DNA of 63,876 nt, counting the filler, from assembly GCF_002087085.1 (NCBI RefSeq). It is 4 parts of 4 records of this genome, joined end to end, with 100 filler letters (N's around TTAATTAATTAA, not from the genome) between each part and the next. Parts side by side here need not be neighbours in the genome. Positions count along the whole stretch, not along the records: positions 60,275 to 63,876 come from NZ_MWQY01000047.1; 3 more parts are not named here. One strand, written 5' to 3'. A program made the position numbers and the translations under genes. The notes beneath the pieces were generated by a model. That model had not been told where the DNA came from, did not search any database, and saw nothing but the letters and a program-made list of their open reading frames with translations. Positions 60,896 through 63,876 of this stretch are shown in pieces. Position 1 is the first letter of the stretch; every line of letters starts with the position of its first letter.

Positions 60896-61200
60896 CCCCG
60901 CTACTAAATTACTCAAAAGAAGGAACAGTAAAATGTATTACGTATATGTACTGTTTAATAAGAGGAATCAAAAAGATACCTATGTTGGATATACGAACAA
61001 CATAGAACGTCGAGTATTACAGCATAATGCCGGTGAAAATGCTTCCACAAAAGGAAGGGAATGGGAACTGGTATACTATGAAGCGTATCTTAGTGAACAT
61101 AGTGCAAGAGAACGGGAGCGTAAACTCAAGCACGATGGACGAGTAAAAAGGTATCTTCTTGAGAGAGTAAGAAAACAATTTGAGTAATTTAGTAGCGGGG
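60896..61200 (+). mobile_element. 23S rRNA intervening sequence carrying a nuclease gene
   Basis: Perfect 22-bp inverted repeat CCCCGCTACTAAATTACTCAAA / TTTGAGTAATTTAGTAGCGGGG; about 37% GC by hand count; lies between TACAAGCGGTCAGAG and TGATGGCGTGCCTTTTGTAG. Confidence 0.93.
60933..61187 (+). CDS. Minimal GIY-YIG nuclease (84 aa) inside the 23S IVS
   Basis: YYVYVL...YVGYT..IERRVLQHN...WELVYYE....AREREKLK-type pattern; AAGGA RBS. Confidence 0.92.
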   Translation: MYYVYVLFNKRNQKDTYVGYTNNIERRVLQHNAGENASTKGREWELVYYEAYLSEHSARERERKLKHDGRVKRYLLERVRKQFE

Positions 61201-61695
61201 TGATGGCGTGCCTTTTGTAGAATGAGCCTGCGAGTTACCGTATGTTGCGAGGTTAAGGTTTAGAAGAACCGAAGCCGGAGGGAAACCGAGTCTGAACAGG
61301 GCGTATAGTAGCATGTGGTAGACCCGAAGCCGAGTGATCTATCCATGTCCAGGTTGAAGCTCTGGTAACACAGAGTGGAGGACCGAACCCTAGTCTGTTG
61401 AAAAAGGCAGGGATGAGGTGTGGATAGGAGTGAAAGGCTAATCAAACTCGGAGATAGCTGGCACTCCTCGAAATAGCTTTAGGGCTAGCCTTGCGTTAGT
61501 TTACCGGAGGTAGAGCACTGATTGGGCTAGGGCCTTTCACCGGGTACCAAACTCAGTCAAACTCCGAATGCCGGCTAAATGATGCGCGGGAGTCAGACTA
61601 CGGGTGACAAGATTCGTGGTCGAAAGGGAAACAGCCCAGACCGTCAGCTAAGGTCTCAGAACTATGCTTGAGTGGAAAAGGAAGTGCAACGGCGA

Positions 61696-61728
<33 letters not shown>

Positions 61729-62521
61729 ACCTTTAAAGAGTGCGTAACAGCTCACTGGTCGAGTCGTTGTGCGCCGACAATGTAACGGGGCTAAGCATAG
61801 TACCGAAGCTACGGCTTGATAGTTTACTATCAGGGGTAGAGGAGCATTCCATGTACAGATGAAGGTGTGTTGGAAGACATGCTGGATGGGATGGAAGAGA
61901 GAATGCAGGCATGAGTAACGAAAAGACAGGTGAGATCCCTGTCCGCCGAAAGCCTAAGGATTCCAGGGTTAAGGTAATCTGCCCAAGGGTTAGTCGGCCC
62001 CTAAGGCGAGGCCGAAAGGCGTAGTCGATGGGAAACGGGTTAATATTCCCGTACCTCTTACAGGACTTATGGAGTGACGCATGAGGCGAAGCCGGGCCGG
62101 GCGATGGTAGTCCCGGTCTAAGCACTAAGCTGATGATCTGTGTAGGCAAATCCGCACAGAGAGGTGAGGTGTTAAGGCGAGAGACCCTACGGGGAATCGA
62201 AGCTGGTGGAGTCAAGGTGCCGAGAAAGAACTTCTAAAGATATGCTGTAGGGGACCGTACCGCAAACCGACACAGGTAGGCGGGAAGAGTATTCTCAGGC
62301 GCTCGGGAGAATTCACGTTAAGGAACTCGGCAAAATACACACGTAACTTCGGGAGAAGTGTGGCCCTGAATGGATGTCAAAGTTTGTTTGGGGTTGCAGA
62401 GAAAAGGTTCAAGCGACTGTTTACCAAAAACACAGGTCTCTGCGAAATCGCAAGATGAAGTATAGGGACTGACACCTGCCCGGTGCCGGAAGGTTAAGAG
62501 GAGATGTGAGAGCGTCGAATT

Positions 62522-62604
<83 letters not shown>

Positions 62605-63123
62605 TGGTGTAACGACTTGAACGCTGTCTCAACGTGAAACCCGGTGAAATTGAAGTATCGGTGAAGATGCCGATTACCTGTGGTTAGACGGAAAGACCCC
62701 GTGAACCTTTACTGCAGCTTGGCATTGAAATGTGGCCTGTGATGTGTAGGATAGGAGGGAGACTGAGAGTCGTGGTCGCTAGGCTGCGAGGAGTCGTTGG
62801 TGAAATACCTCCCTTTGCCGGTTATATTTCTAACGGTGTCCATGAACCTGGGCACTGGACAATGTCAGGTGGGCGGTTTGACTGGGGCGGTCGCCTCCAA
62901 AAGAGTAACGGAGGCGCGCGAAGGTAACCTCGCGTTGGTTGGAAATCAACGTACGAGTGCAAAGGCACAAGGTTGCTTGACTGCGAGACGTACATGTCGA
63001 GCAGGTACGAAAGTAGGTCTTAGTGATCTGGCGGTTCTGAGTGGAAGGGCCGTCACTTAACGGACAAAAGGTACTCCGGGGATAACAGGCTGATTTTGCC
63101 CAAGAGTTCATATCGACGGCAAA

Positions 63124-63163
<40 letters not shown>

Positions 63164-63164
63164 G

Positions 63165-63229
<65 letters not shown>

Positions 63230-63743
63230 CGAGACAGTTCGGTCCCTATCTGCCACAGGCGTTGGATGTTTGAGAGGATCTGTTCTTAGTACGAGAGGAC
63301 CGGAATGGACGAACCTCTGGTGTACCAGTTATCCTGCCAAGGGTACGTGCTGGGTAGCCAAGTTCGGCCGGGATAACCGCTGAAGGCATCTAAGTGGGAA
63401 GCCCCCCTCGAGATGAGACATCCCATCACCTTTAAGGTGACATAAGACCCCAGAGAGAAGATCTGGTTGATAGGCCGGCGGTCTACGCATGGTAACATGT
63501 TGAGCTGACCGGTACTAATAGGTCGAGAGGCTTGACCATATTATTGAGTGCTCCTTTTCCTTAACGGGCCGTGTACAAACGGCCGATGTGCTCTACAGTC
63601 GAAAGACACACAACATAGTTTACCAAAAGGTAAACGCACGAAGCGTTCAATACGAACAGGCGGCTTTGCCGATCTGTGAGTAGCTTGGACAAAGGAAGTC
63701 GGAGGGGTACCTCCCGATGACGACCGTAAATAAGGCAATTATT

Positions 63744-63854
63744 GCCAGGTGACCTTAGCGAAGGGGATCCACCCGTTCCCATGTCGAACACGGAAGTTAA
63801 GCCCTTCAGCGCCGATGGTACTGCGTTAAGCGGGAGAGTAGGACGTCGCCTGGC
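63744..63854 (+). rRNA. rrf: 5S rRNA
   Basis: GCCAGG...CCTGGC terminal helix, CACCCGTTCCCAT..CGAACACGGAAGTTAAG, GCCGATGGTACTG, GGGAGAGTAGG. Confidence 0.98.
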
Positions 63855-63876
63855 TTTTTTTATTAATGTGATCCGC

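Noticed and set aside
60896..61200. Group I/II intron interpretation of the 23S insert
   Set aside because: Only ~15 nt lie outside the ORF and terminal stem, so no ribozyme core fits.

Overview
The window consists of four draft-assembly contigs (1-20904, 21005-41889, 41990-60174, 60275-63876) joined by artificial N44-TTAATTAATTAA-N44 spacers. The lipoprotein repertoire and 23S sequence look like a free-living anaerobic Spirochaetota bacterium (inference). Most genes are metabolic or transport: three TRAP systems, a sugar ABC transporter with a two-component system, uxuA, rtcB, a DmsA-like molybdoenzyme with mobA, an adenylate cyclase, a DRTGG/CBS-kinase/PHP cluster, a membrane pyrophosphatase, and 23S-5S rRNA. 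The standout is a 305-bp AT-rich intervening sequence at the tip of 23S rRNA helix 25. It is bounded by a perfect 22-bp inverted repeat and almost entirely filled by an 84-aa GIY-YIG nuclease gene with its own RBS, with no room for a self-splicing intron core. Second is a 4.8-kb integrase-less island (TRAP transporter plus an apionate oxidoisomerase-like gene) flanked by a 125-bp duplication of the 3' end of an Fe-S/flavin oxidoreductase gene. Also seen: a three-copy MITE family, IS ends that truncate hipA and a lipoprotein gene, and a response regulator that apparently starts at ATA. All product calls come from motif recognition by eye, not from database searches.
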